Assembly: GCA_028877205.1 (NCBI GenBank)
Contig: JAPPHY010000016.1
Coordinates: 207,457-271,456 of the forward strand
Direction: 5' to 3'
DNA: 64,000 nt
Source of the DNA: Chloroflexota bacterium
GTDB lineage: Bacteria; Chloroflexota; Dehalococcoidia; Lucifugimonadales; UBA2985
Part shown: piece by piece, positions 1-7,393 of the stretch
Layout: each line of letters opens with the position of its first letter
Position numbering within the stretch: position 1 is the first letter of the stretch
The notes under the pieces: generated by a model
Databases searched by the model: none
Told to the model about the DNA's origin: nothing
The model's input: only the letters and a program-made list of their open reading frames with translations
Position numbers and translations under genes: made by a program

Positions 1-125
1 ATCGACAGGCCAGTGAGGGGGCGCAGCGAAGGCTGGGAGAGATGCTAGTGGCAGGGCAGGGGAGCGGTCGGCCCTGGCCGCGCTGCACGCACCGTACGGA
101 GGCGGCAGCAGCGGCAGGGCAGCGG

Positions 126-341
126 CTACTGGAGCATCATCTTGTTGGCGGTGTCGTCGCCGTGCAGGAGGTCATACTGGTACTTGGACCTGGCGTCCTG
201 AAGGCTGTCGTTGGCCCTCCGAGAACGCCGGCCGGCCTGAACGTCCTCGGCGTTTTCGCGCTCTAGCTGATTAATGTAGTCGGCGTCGCTGCCTCGTACC
301 CTGGTGCGAATGGCGTGGTAGAGCCTCATCACCAAGCTCAT
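126..341 (-). CDS. hypothetical small protein (71 aa)
   Basis: ORF 126..425 trimmed to the internal ATG at 341. On the coding strand this ATG is preceded by AAGGAGG with a 4-nt spacer. No recognisable family. Confidence 0.5.
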   Translation of the reverse strand: MSLVMRLYHAIRTRVRGSDADYINQLERENAEDVQAGRRSRRANDSLQDARSKYQYDLLHGDDTANKMMLQ

Positions 342-755
342 GCTGCCTCCTTGCTCTATCTCCTGCTCTCGTATCATGTCACAATTCCCGCCGGTGCGCC
401 ACACCCTGACGCCGTCCGGCGCCACTTCTTGTATCGAACATGACCCCCCAGTGGCTGTGTCACGGGCTCGACACGCGAAAGGACGAGCGCCCCCGCCCAG
501 CCTCCGCCGCCACCGAGGGGTCCGCCAAGCCGTACCTGGCTCACGTTGGGGAACGGCCCTTCATTGCCCTCCGAAGACCCGCCCTCGTTAACATATACGT
601 AGATTAGACGCGTTTGGATGTATTTCGATGCGGAATTCGCACTTGCCCGTGGTCAAGAGACGCCCGACAGGCTGGACTGGCGTCACTGTTGGCGTTTCAG
701 ATAGCTATTAGGCGCGCCTTGGTTCCACGCGGTGAACGACACGGCAGCCCCATGC

Positions 756-763
756 TGTATAAT
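756..763 (+). promoter_or_regulatory. candidate -10 element TGTATAAT upstream of the yvcK-like gene
   Basis: Perfect TATAAT at 758-763 with an adjacent TG, inside an AT-richer intergenic region. No good -35. Confidence 0.35.
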
Positions 764-898
764 GGACAGGCGCTTGACGGGGCGGCGCCCTAGCGGTGCA
801 CCACGAGCGGGATCGATTGACCCCCAAGTATGCGCGGACACGGCGCGAACGGTAGACCCTACGAGCAACAGACTCGGCAGAGCATCGGAGCTGCGGAC

Positions 899-1930
899 AT
901 GCTGACGGAGGCCGGCAAGATGTATCGATACGGCGAAGGGCGGCGAGTGGTGGCCATAGGCGGAGGCACAGGGCTCTCCACCCTGCTTCGCGGCATCAAG
1001 CTCTGGACGGAAAACCTTACCGCGGTCGTATCGATGGCCGACGACGGCGGCAGCTCAGGGCGTCTCCGTGACGAGATGAAGATGCCGCCGCCCGGCGACG
1101 TGCGAGCCTGCCTCGTCGCCCTCTCGGACGCCGATCCGCAGATGCAGGAGCTGTTCGACCACCGATTTGAATCGGAATCTCCCCTTGGCGGCCACAACCT
1201 TGGAAACCTCATCCTTGCCGCCCTGCGCGAGGAGCATGGCAGCTTCCGCGAAGGACTGGAGGTTGCCGCCCGACTCCTGGCAGTCAGGGGCGCAGTGGTG
1301 CCTGCAACAAACCACCTGGCGCCGGTGCTCATGGGCGAGACGGTATCGGGCGCGGTGCTGCGGGGAGAGTCGGCGGTTGGGCTGGCGCCTGAACTCATCC
1401 GGCGCATCTGGCTGGAACCTGAGGACGCAGTCGCGAGCGAGGACGCCCTGGCTGCGATTCGCCAGGCGGACCTGATCGTCATCGGCCCGGGCAGCCTCTA
1501 CACCAGCATCCTGCCCAGCTTCCTGCTGCCGGGTTTCGCCGAGGCCGTGGCAGCCTCCGACGCCCCCAAGGTGCTTGTGTGCAACGTGGCAACCCAACGC
1601 CATGAGACCGACGGCTTCGCCGCCGCCGATCACCTTGAAGTGTTCGAGGCACACAGCGGCGTGTCCGTCAGCCACTTCCTGGTGAACAGCAACCCACGGG
1701 ATGTGCCGGAGAAGCGGGACCAGGACGCCGTGCCTCTCGTTTCGAGTGTGGACGGGTTTGACGGTGTTCTGGTCGCCGCTGACGTCGTCGATAACACCAA
1801 CCCTGTGCGACACGATCCCTTCAAGCTCGCTGACGCGCTCATGGGCATCGTCCGCGGCAATGCAGGCGCGGCGCGAGATTCTCGTCCTGCCGACTCGTCG
1901 TGCCCCGTGAGCGCGGGCCGGGAGAGTTGA
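899..1930 (+). CDS. YvcK/CofD-like (gluconeogenesis factor, UPF0052) family protein
   Basis: Motifs VVAIGGGTGLSTLLRG and MADDGGSSGRLRDE are typical of the YvcK/CofD family. Start ATG 899 follows GGAG. An alternative ATG at 920 follows GGAGG. Confidence 0.85.
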   Translation: MLTEAGKMYRYGEGRRVVAIGGGTGLSTLLRGIKLWTENLTAVVSMADDGGSSGRLRDEMKMPPPGDVRACLVALSDADPQMQELFDHRFESESPLGGHNLGNLILAALREEHGSFREGLEVAARLLAVRGAVVPATNHLAPVLMGETVSGAVLRGESAVGLAPELIRRIWLEPEDAVASEDALAAIRQADLIVIGPGSLYTSILPSFLLPGFAEAVAASDAPKVLVCNVATQRHETDGFAAADHLEVFEAHSGVSVSHFLVNSNPRDVPEKRDQDAVPLVSSVDGFDGVLVAADVVDNTNPVRHDPFKLADALMGIVRGNAGAARDSRPADSSCPVSAGRES

Positions 1931-1931
1931 G

Positions 1932-2159
1932 GTGCGCGCCCTGGGAACAGCGTGGCGAGGGTGGAAGTGGTTCCTGAGGCGGCTGGGCAATCTGCAGGCC
2001 CGCATCCTCCTAACGCTGACGTACATCGTGTTCTTTCCGATTATTGCCATTCCCCACAAACTGTTCGCGGATCCCCTGCGCATCCGGAGGCGACAGGCGG
2101 CCTTCGCGGACGCGTCGGGCGTCGACAGAGAGTCCCCGGAGGCTGCAAGGAGGCAGTAG
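1932..2159 (+). CDS. small membrane protein resembling the C-terminal half of the SxtJ family
   Basis: GTG start lies 1 nt after the yvcK-like stop. One hydrophobic helix (ILLTLTYIVFFPIIAIP) is followed by a DPLRIRR-type tail. This pattern is recalled from SxtJ-like proteins found next to carbamoyltransferases. The assignment is tentative. Confidence 0.5.
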   Translation: MRALGTAWRGWKWFLRRLGNLQARILLTLTYIVFFPIIAIPHKLFADPLRIRRRQAAFADASGVDRESPEAARRQ

Positions 2160-2165
2160 GCTCAG

Positions 2166-3896
2166 ATGTACGTGCTGGGCATCAGCTGCTACTTCCACGA
2201 CGCTGCCGCCGCTCTCATCAAGGACGGCGTGCTGGTGGCCGCGGCCGAGGAGGAGCGGTTCAGCCGTATCAAGCACGACGCCAACTTCCCGCAGCGGGCA
2301 ATCGACTACTGTCTTGAGGCGGCCGGCATTGAGGGCGGCGACGTTGACTACGTCGTCTTCTTCGAGAAGCCGTTCCTCAAGCTGGAGCGAATCCTGCTCA
2401 CCTGCCTGCAGGGCTTCCCGCGGACGCTCGGCCTGTTTCGCGAGGCCATGCTCACGTGGCTTCTGGACAAACTGTGGGTGAAGGGCCTGATCAAGGACAG
2501 GACCGGCGTCAGGGACAAGAACCGCATCCTGTTCAGCTGGCACCACCTGTCGCACGCGGCAAGCTCCTTCTTCTGCTCGCCCTTCGATGAGGCCGCCATC
2601 CTGACCGCGGACGCTGTGGGGGAGTGGACCACCACGCTCAAGGGCAGGGGAGAAGGCAACCGGATCCACGTATCGCAGGAGCTTCACTTCCCGCACTCGC
2701 TGGGACTTCTGTACTCCACTTTCACGACTTTCTGCGGGCTCGAAGTCAACGACGGCGAGTACAAGCTCATGGGCATGGCCGCCTACGGACAGCCGCGTTA
2801 CGTGGAGAAGGTCGAACGGCTCATCGAGGTGGCGGCAGACGGCAGCTTTTCACTGGACATGGACTACTTTGCGTTCCATCGCTCCACCCGTCGGATGTTC
2901 AGCGACCGGTTCGTGAAGCTCTTCGGCGAGCCGCGGCCGCCCTTGTTCAGCGGCATTGTCGACCCCTACTACGCGGACGTGGCCGCAAGCATTCAGGCCG
3001 TGACCGAAGACGTGCTCCTGAAGATGGCCAACGGCCTTCACCGGGAGACCGGCCTCACGAGGCTGTGCATGGCCGGAGGCGTGGCCCTGAACAGCGTCGC
3101 AAACGGTCGGATACTGCGGGAGACGCCGTTCGAGGAGGTGTATATACAGCCCGCGGCCGGCGACGGAGGAGGCGCGCTCGGAGCGGCCCTGTACGCATAT
3201 CACGTGGTGCTGAACCAGCCTCGCGCCTTCGTGATGGAGCATGCCTACTGGGGCCGCAGCTACGTACCGGCGGAGATCTCGGCCGCGCTGGCGGCAAGAG
3301 GCGCGTCCTACACGGAGCTCGCGAACGAGGACGAGGTGACGGAGCGCACAACTGAGCTGCTGGCGAACGGCAGAGTAGTCGGCTGGTTCCAGGGCGGTTT
3401 CGAGTACGGGCCGCGGGCGCTGGGCCATCGCAGCATACTTGCCGACCCCCGCGGCGAGGACATGAAGGACACGGTGAACCTGAAGATCAAGCATCGCGAG
3501 CCGTTCCGTCCCTTCGCGCCGTCGGTGCCCGCGGAGCGGTGCGAGGGCGTATTCCGGCTGCCGGACGCTGCTGAGCACTATCCAGCGCGCTTCATGCAGC
3601 TTGTCGTGAACGTGGAGGATGGCTGGCGTGACTCCGTTCCGGCCACAACGCACGTTGACGGGACTGCTCGGCCGCAGGCTGTGCACCGCGAGGTCAACGA
3701 GCGGTTTCACCGATTGCTGGAGTGCTTCGGCGAGGTGACGGGCCTGCCTGTGCTCCTGAACACCAGCTTCAATCTGGCCGGTGAACCGATAGTGAACTCC
3801 CCGGCCGAGGCCCTGGACACCTTCGCCAGGAGCGGCATGGACGCCCTAGTGCTTGGTCGGTTCCTGGTGACGCGCGACGGGATTGGGGAGAGGTAG
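2166..3896 (+). CDS. carbamoyltransferase (NodU/CmcH family)
   Basis: N-terminus MYVLGISCYFHDAAAALIKDG..EEERFSRIKHD and the 576-aa length are typical of the NodU/CmcH O-carbamoyltransferase family. Confidence 0.9.
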   Translation: MYVLGISCYFHDAAAALIKDGVLVAAAEEERFSRIKHDANFPQRAIDYCLEAAGIEGGDVDYVVFFEKPFLKLERILLTCLQGFPRTLGLFREAMLTWLLDKLWVKGLIKDRTGVRDKNRILFSWHHLSHAASSFFCSPFDEAAILTADAVGEWTTTLKGRGEGNRIHVSQELHFPHSLGLLYSTFTTFCGLEVNDGEYKLMGMAAYGQPRYVEKVERLIEVAADGSFSLDMDYFAFHRSTRRMFSDRFVKLFGEPRPPLFSGIVDPYYADVAASIQAVTEDVLLKMANGLHRETGLTRLCMAGGVALNSVANGRILRETPFEEVYIQPAAGDGGGALGAALYAYHVVLNQPRAFVMEHAYWGRSYVPAEISAALAARGASYTELANEDEVTERTTELLANGRVVGWFQGGFEYGPRALGHRSILADPRGEDMKDTVNLKIKHREPFRPFAPSVPAERCEGVFRLPDAAEHYPARFMQLVVNVEDGWRDSVPATTHVDGTARPQAVHREVNERFHRLLECFGEVTGLPVLLNTSFNLAGEPIVNSPAEALDTFARSGMDALVLGRFLVTRDGIGER

Positions 3897-3899
3897 CGC

Positions 3900-4079
3900 A
3901 TGCGTCCACTGAGGTTCGCTGCCGACCGATTCGCCATCGCCGGAGAGCTGATCGGCTACCTGTGGAGTCGGAAGCTGTGGTGGCTGATCCCAATGATGGT
4001 GACGCTGCTGCTGTTCGGGCTGCTGCTCGTGTTCGCGGAAGCGAGCGGCGGTGGGCCGTTCATCTACACGCTGTTCTAG
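3900..4079 (+). CDS. DUF5989-like small membrane protein (59 aa)
   Basis: Not in the supplied ORF track because it is under 60 aa. Hand translation gives MRPLRFAADRFAIAGELIGYLWSRKLWWLIPMMVTLLLFGLLLVFAEASGGGPFIYTLF. The WWLIP..TM helix..PFIYTLF end matches the DUF5989 pattern recalled next to carbamoyltransferases. The ATG is 3 nt after the upstream stop. Confidence 0.75.
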   Translation: MRPLRFAADRFAIAGELIGYLWSRKLWWLIPMMVTLLLFGLLLVFAEASGGGPFIYTLF

Positions 4080-4118
4080 GCTGGCGGTTGCGCTCTTCGG
4101 GGCGGGCGCAGCTCTCTA

Positions 4119-4155
4119 CCCGCTCGTGGTGAGCTCGTCGAACCATGCGAGCGGG
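4119..4155. repeat. REP-like repeat family A, copy 1
   Basis: Sequence cccgctcgtggtgagctcgtcgaaccatgcgagcggg. The first 31 nt are identical to the copy at 4477-4512. It is related to the copies at 30774 and 52572. An internal ccgctc/gagcgg stem is present. Confidence 0.8.
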
Positions 4156-4224
4156 CCGTCATATGGGACGTCGTCCGCTGCGCCACCGTCACTCAGAGCG
4201 GGGCGGCCGCGCCAACCCACGACC

Positions 4225-4249
4225 GTCATTGCGGCGGAAGCCGCAATCC
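4225..4249. repeat. REP-like hairpin family B (inverted orientation)
   Basis: Sequence gtcattgcggcggaagccgcaatcc. It has a perfect 8-bp stem attgcggc/gccgcaat with loop ggaa. Its reverse complement matches 4417-4441 and 24892-24916. Confidence 0.8.
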
Positions 4250-4416
4250 AGGAAGACAATAACGTGTCCGCATGAGTGCTGGGCTGCGTGTTCTCGGGAG
4301 AACGGCGGCGTGCCAGGCACAGGTTTTGGAGTCCTCGGCTCCGTTGCGGTCCGATCAGGATGACATGAGCGGCATCCTGGCACGGCATACGATTGGCCGC
4401 GATCGACATTCGCACT

Positions 4417-4441
4417 GGATTGCGGCTTTCGCTGCAATGAC
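4417..4441. repeat. REP-like hairpin family B
   Basis: Sequence ggattgcggctttcgctgcaatgac, related to the copies at 4225-4249 (reverse complement) and 24892-24916. Confidence 0.75.
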
Positions 4442-4476
4442 GGAGAGGCGCTCTTAGAGGCGGCCGCAGTCTTCTG

Positions 4477-4512
4477 CCCGCTCGTGGTGAGCTCGTCGAA
4501 CCATGCGGGCGG
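4477..4512. repeat. REP-like repeat family A, copy 2
   Basis: Sequence cccgctcgtggtgagctcgtcgaaccatgcgggcgg, a direct repeat of 4119-4155 lying 358 bp downstream. Confidence 0.8.
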
Positions 4513-4674
4513 CGCCGTGACATGGACTGCTTGCGCAGGAGTGGTCACGGGGGAATAGACGGTCGTGTGCGGGCGGGCGACTGGGTGTCACGCCGGCAGC
4601 AGGCCCTGGATTTCTCGACTACGTTCCGCTTGTGCTTCACTCCGCTCGAAGTGAGAGCGGCGGCAGCCGTGCGG

Positions 4675-4833
4675 CTACCCGCCGTGACAGCGCTTGTACT
4701 TCTTGCCGCTGCCGCAGGGGCACTGGGCGTTGCGGCCCACCTTGCCGTACAGCCTGCCTATGGCGCGCCTCTCCTCGCAGTCTGCGCAGGTGCACGCGGG
4801 CGGGTGCTTGCTGATCCAGGTGGGTCTGACCAC
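4675..4833 (-). CDS. SEC-C motif-containing small protein (about 52 aa)
   Basis: The C-terminus [15 protein letters not shown] is the SecA-type SEC-C metal-binding motif. ORF 4675..4875 is trimmed to the GTG at 4833, which follows AGGAGG with a 7-nt spacer. Confidence 0.6.
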   Translation of the reverse strand: MVRPTWISKHPPACTCADCEERRAIGRLYGKVGRNAQCPCGSGKKYKRCHGG

Positions 4834-4944
4834 TGCAACTCCTCCTGCTCGACCGGAGCGAAGCGACCCGGCCAAGCGGACTGACGTTATCAGAAGGCCG
4901 CGGTGTTGTCCAGCCTGCGCACGGCGGCGAGCCCGTCAAGGCTG

Positions 4945-4973
4945 TTGACTATCCCTCGGCACAGACTTATGAT
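4945..4973 (+). promoter_or_regulatory. sigma70-type promoter TTGACT-17-TATGAT
   Basis: -35 at 4945-4950, 17-nt spacer, -10 at 4968-4973. It lies about 35 nt upstream of the DUF35 gene start. Confidence 0.55.
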
Positions 4974-5007
4974 AGTGCAAGCCTGTCCACGTTCGCGGAG
5001 GTGAGAG

Positions 5008-5421
5008 TTGCCCAAGCAATCCCCGGTCCCCGATGACCTGAGCAAGCCCTTCTGGGACGCCTGCAACGAGGGACGGCTGGTGATGCAGTACTGCCCCGAC
5101 TGCGACAGGCTCCAGTTCCCGCCTCAGCAGACCTGCTCCGACTGCGGCTCCTCTGACACCTTCGAGTGGCGAGAGATGAGCGGCAACGGCAAGATCCACG
5201 GCTACTGCGTAATGCACGACTCCCGCATCCGCCTGCTCCAGGCCGACCAGCCCTTCAACATCGTGGTCATCGAGCTGGAGGAGGCGCCCGAGATCAAGAT
5301 GCTGTCCCATCTCCCAGGAACCCCGCCGGATGAGGTGCCTGTGGGCGTCAGCGTTCGCGTGGAGTTCGAGGAGACGCCCGGAACGGGTCAGAAGGTCCCG
5401 GAGTGGCGAGTGGTCGGCTGA
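5008..5421 (+). CDS. DUF35 family Zn-ribbon/OB-fold protein (copy 1)
   Basis: CPDC..(x12)..CSDC zinc ribbon followed by an OB-fold-like region. The TTG start follows GGAGGTG. It is adjacent to a thiolase-like gene, as is typical for DUF35. Confidence 0.85.
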   Translation: MPKQSPVPDDLSKPFWDACNEGRLVMQYCPDCDRLQFPPQQTCSDCGSSDTFEWREMSGNGKIHGYCVMHDSRIRLLQADQPFNIVVIELEEAPEIKMLSHLPGTPPDEVPVGVSVRVEFEETPGTGQKVPEWRVVG

Positions 5422-5473
5422 CCGGCCAACCTGTTCGTAAACCAACGCCCGTACTGGCGGGAAGGAGAACGCA

Positions 5474-6790
5474 GTGGCACCTACGGAATTTGCGCCCCCT
5501 GGGATGTATCGCAGAGATGAGGGCCTCGGCGTCTGGGAGCACCGGGGCAAAATTGCCGTCGTGGGCATCGGACACGCGCCCACCGCCCGCCGCTGGGACG
5601 AGACGGCTGAGACAAGCGTCGGCGCGCTGACCATCCTCGCCATACAGAAGGCTCTCGAGGACGCCGGGGTCAAGCCTGAGGACGTGGACGGAGTGGTGGC
5701 AGCCCCCAAGGGCATGGGCGAGCCGTGGAGCCCCAGGCCTATCCCGGAGGACTTCGCAAAGGCATACGTGCCCACGGATGACCCGGACGACGGCCTCGAC
5801 GGCGCAAGCGCTGACTGGGTTGTCCTGAACACGCCTGGGCTGAGCAACGTATCGTTCACCATGCACGCTCCTGCCTGCATCTCCAACGCTCTCGTGGTGG
5901 CCGCCGAGGCCGTCGGTTCCGGCCTGACGAACACCTGCCTGGTAATCCGCGGCATGGGCAACATCGCCGGCCGCTACGGGCAGCACGGCGCGGCCGCAAT
6001 AGACACCGCGGGCGGCGCGGCGCAGTGGACCAACCCTTGGGGCTGGCAGCTCATCCCGCAGATCGCCTTCGGGTTCGACCAGTACTGCCGCAAGTACGGC
6101 TCCAACCACGACAGGATGGCCCCCTTCGTAGTGAACCAGCACCGCAACGGCCTGATGTTCCCTGAGGGGTTCTACTACCAGCACCGGCCGGAGCCACTAA
6201 GCGTGGAGGACTACCTGTCCGGCCGCTGGGTGTGCAAGCCGATGGGCCTGTGGGACTGCGACCTGCCCATCCAGACTGCCGTGGCGTACCTGTTCACCAC
6301 CGCTGAGCGTGCAAGGGACATGCGCCAGAAGCCGGTCTACGTGCTCAATCACTGCTCGCAGCGGGGCATCGTGCGGAGCCTGATCGAGACGCTGGACGAG
6401 ACCGAGCAGTTCACGGACAGCATCGCCAAGAAGGTATACGAGGGTTCGGGGCTCACGCCGTCCGAGCTCGACATCTGCAACCCATACGACGGCTTCACCC
6501 TGTTCACTCAGTACTACCTGGAGGGGCTCCAGTGGCACGGCGTGAAGCGGGGAGAGGCGCACGACTTCTACGGCGGCGACATCCGCGTGGAGGGGCCGCA
6601 CCCGTTCAGCTCCAGCGGCGGAAACGCGGGCAATGGGCGCACCCGTACGTGGAACCAGACCGACACCATTCAGCAGTTGCAGGGCAGGGCCGGCCAGCGG
6701 CAGGTGAACATCAGAGCCGAGACAGGCCTCGCGGGCGCCTTCACGCCCAATATGTCGGACTGGATGGTATACGGGACCAGCCCGGACTAG
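5474..6790 (+). CDS. thiolase-like (SCP-x/lipid-transfer-protein type) protein, paralog 1
   Basis: Contains IAVVGIGHAP at the N-terminus, ACISNAL..G in the nucleophile-region context, and a C-terminal SGGN..G..QLQGRAGQRQV block. The GTG start follows GGAAGGAGAA. Confidence 0.8.
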   Translation: MAPTEFAPPGMYRRDEGLGVWEHRGKIAVVGIGHAPTARRWDETAETSVGALTILAIQKALEDAGVKPEDVDGVVAAPKGMGEPWSPRPIPEDFAKAYVPTDDPDDGLDGASADWVVLNTPGLSNVSFTMHAPACISNALVVAAEAVGSGLTNTCLVIRGMGNIAGRYGQHGAAAIDTAGGAAQWTNPWGWQLIPQIAFGFDQYCRKYGSNHDRMAPFVVNQHRNGLMFPEGFYYQHRPEPLSVEDYLSGRWVCKPMGLWDCDLPIQTAVAYLFTTAERARDMRQKPVYVLNHCSQRGIVRSLIETLDETEQFTDSIAKKVYEGSGLTPSELDICNPYDGFTLFTQYYLEGLQWHGVKRGEAHDFYGGDIRVEGPHPFSSSGGNAGNGRTRTWNQTDTIQQLQGRAGQRQVNIRAETGLAGAFTPNMSDWMVYGTSPD

Positions 6791-6931
6791 GTTCGCGGGC
6801 TGATTCGACAGCGGCTGGCCTCCGGGGCCGGTCCCGGCATCGCGATGGACGGCTCGGAGAGTCGCCATCCCGACGGATACGGACACTTCGATCCAGGCTA
6901 TACCCGCGAACTGCGGAAAGAGAGGTGATAC

Positions 6932-7339
6932 GTGTCGAAGCTGATACCTATACCGGACGAGCTGAGCCAGCCATTCTGGGACGCCATCAACGAGCGTCGC
7001 CTGATAGTGCAGCAGTGCGCCGACTGCCCCACGCTCCAGTACCCGCCTCGGCCCACGTGCCAGGACTGCGGCTCGGGGACGCTGGGCTGGAAGGAGGTTG
7101 AGGGCAAGGGGCACATCCTGTCATTCTTCGTAGTCTATGACGGCCGCTACCAGGTCCGCATACCGGACCAGCCGTACAACGTGGCAATTGTCACGCTGGA
7201 CGAGGAACCGCTCATCAACTTCTACGCCAACCTGCCGGGCACGCCCGTGAAGGAAGTGCCCATCGGCGCGCCGGTGGAGCTGATCTTCGAAGAGGTGGCT
7301 CCAGGCCAGCTCATCCACGACTGGAAGCTGGTTGAGTAA
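6932..7339 (+). CDS. DUF35 family Zn-ribbon/OB-fold protein (copy 2)
   Basis: CADC..(x12)..CQDC zinc ribbon. It can be aligned by eye along its full length to 5008..5421. The GTG start follows AGAGAGGTGA. Confidence 0.85.
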   Translation: MSKLIPIPDELSQPFWDAINERRLIVQQCADCPTLQYPPRPTCQDCGSGTLGWKEVEGKGHILSFFVVYDGRYQVRIPDQPYNVAIVTLDEEPLINFYANLPGTPVKEVPIGAPVELIFEEVAPGQLIHDWKLVE

Positions 7340-7393
7340 CCGGCCACCGGCCGACATCAGATAACGCGATACCAACGCGGGAAGGAGCATTCC

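Noticed and set aside
1055-2083. 342-aa ORF on the minus strand, antisense to the yvcK-like and SxtJ-like genes
   Set aside because: It is a high-GC shadow ORF. Its Arg/Ala/Gly/His-rich composition shows no motifs, and it fully overlaps well-supported genes on the other strand.
4051-4548. Several 60-135 aa ORFs on both strands inside the 4080-4674 repeat patch
   Set aside because: Their sequences are translations of the REP-like repeats (VVSSSNHA, IAAFAAMT and similar). They overlap each other in several frames and lack RBSs.
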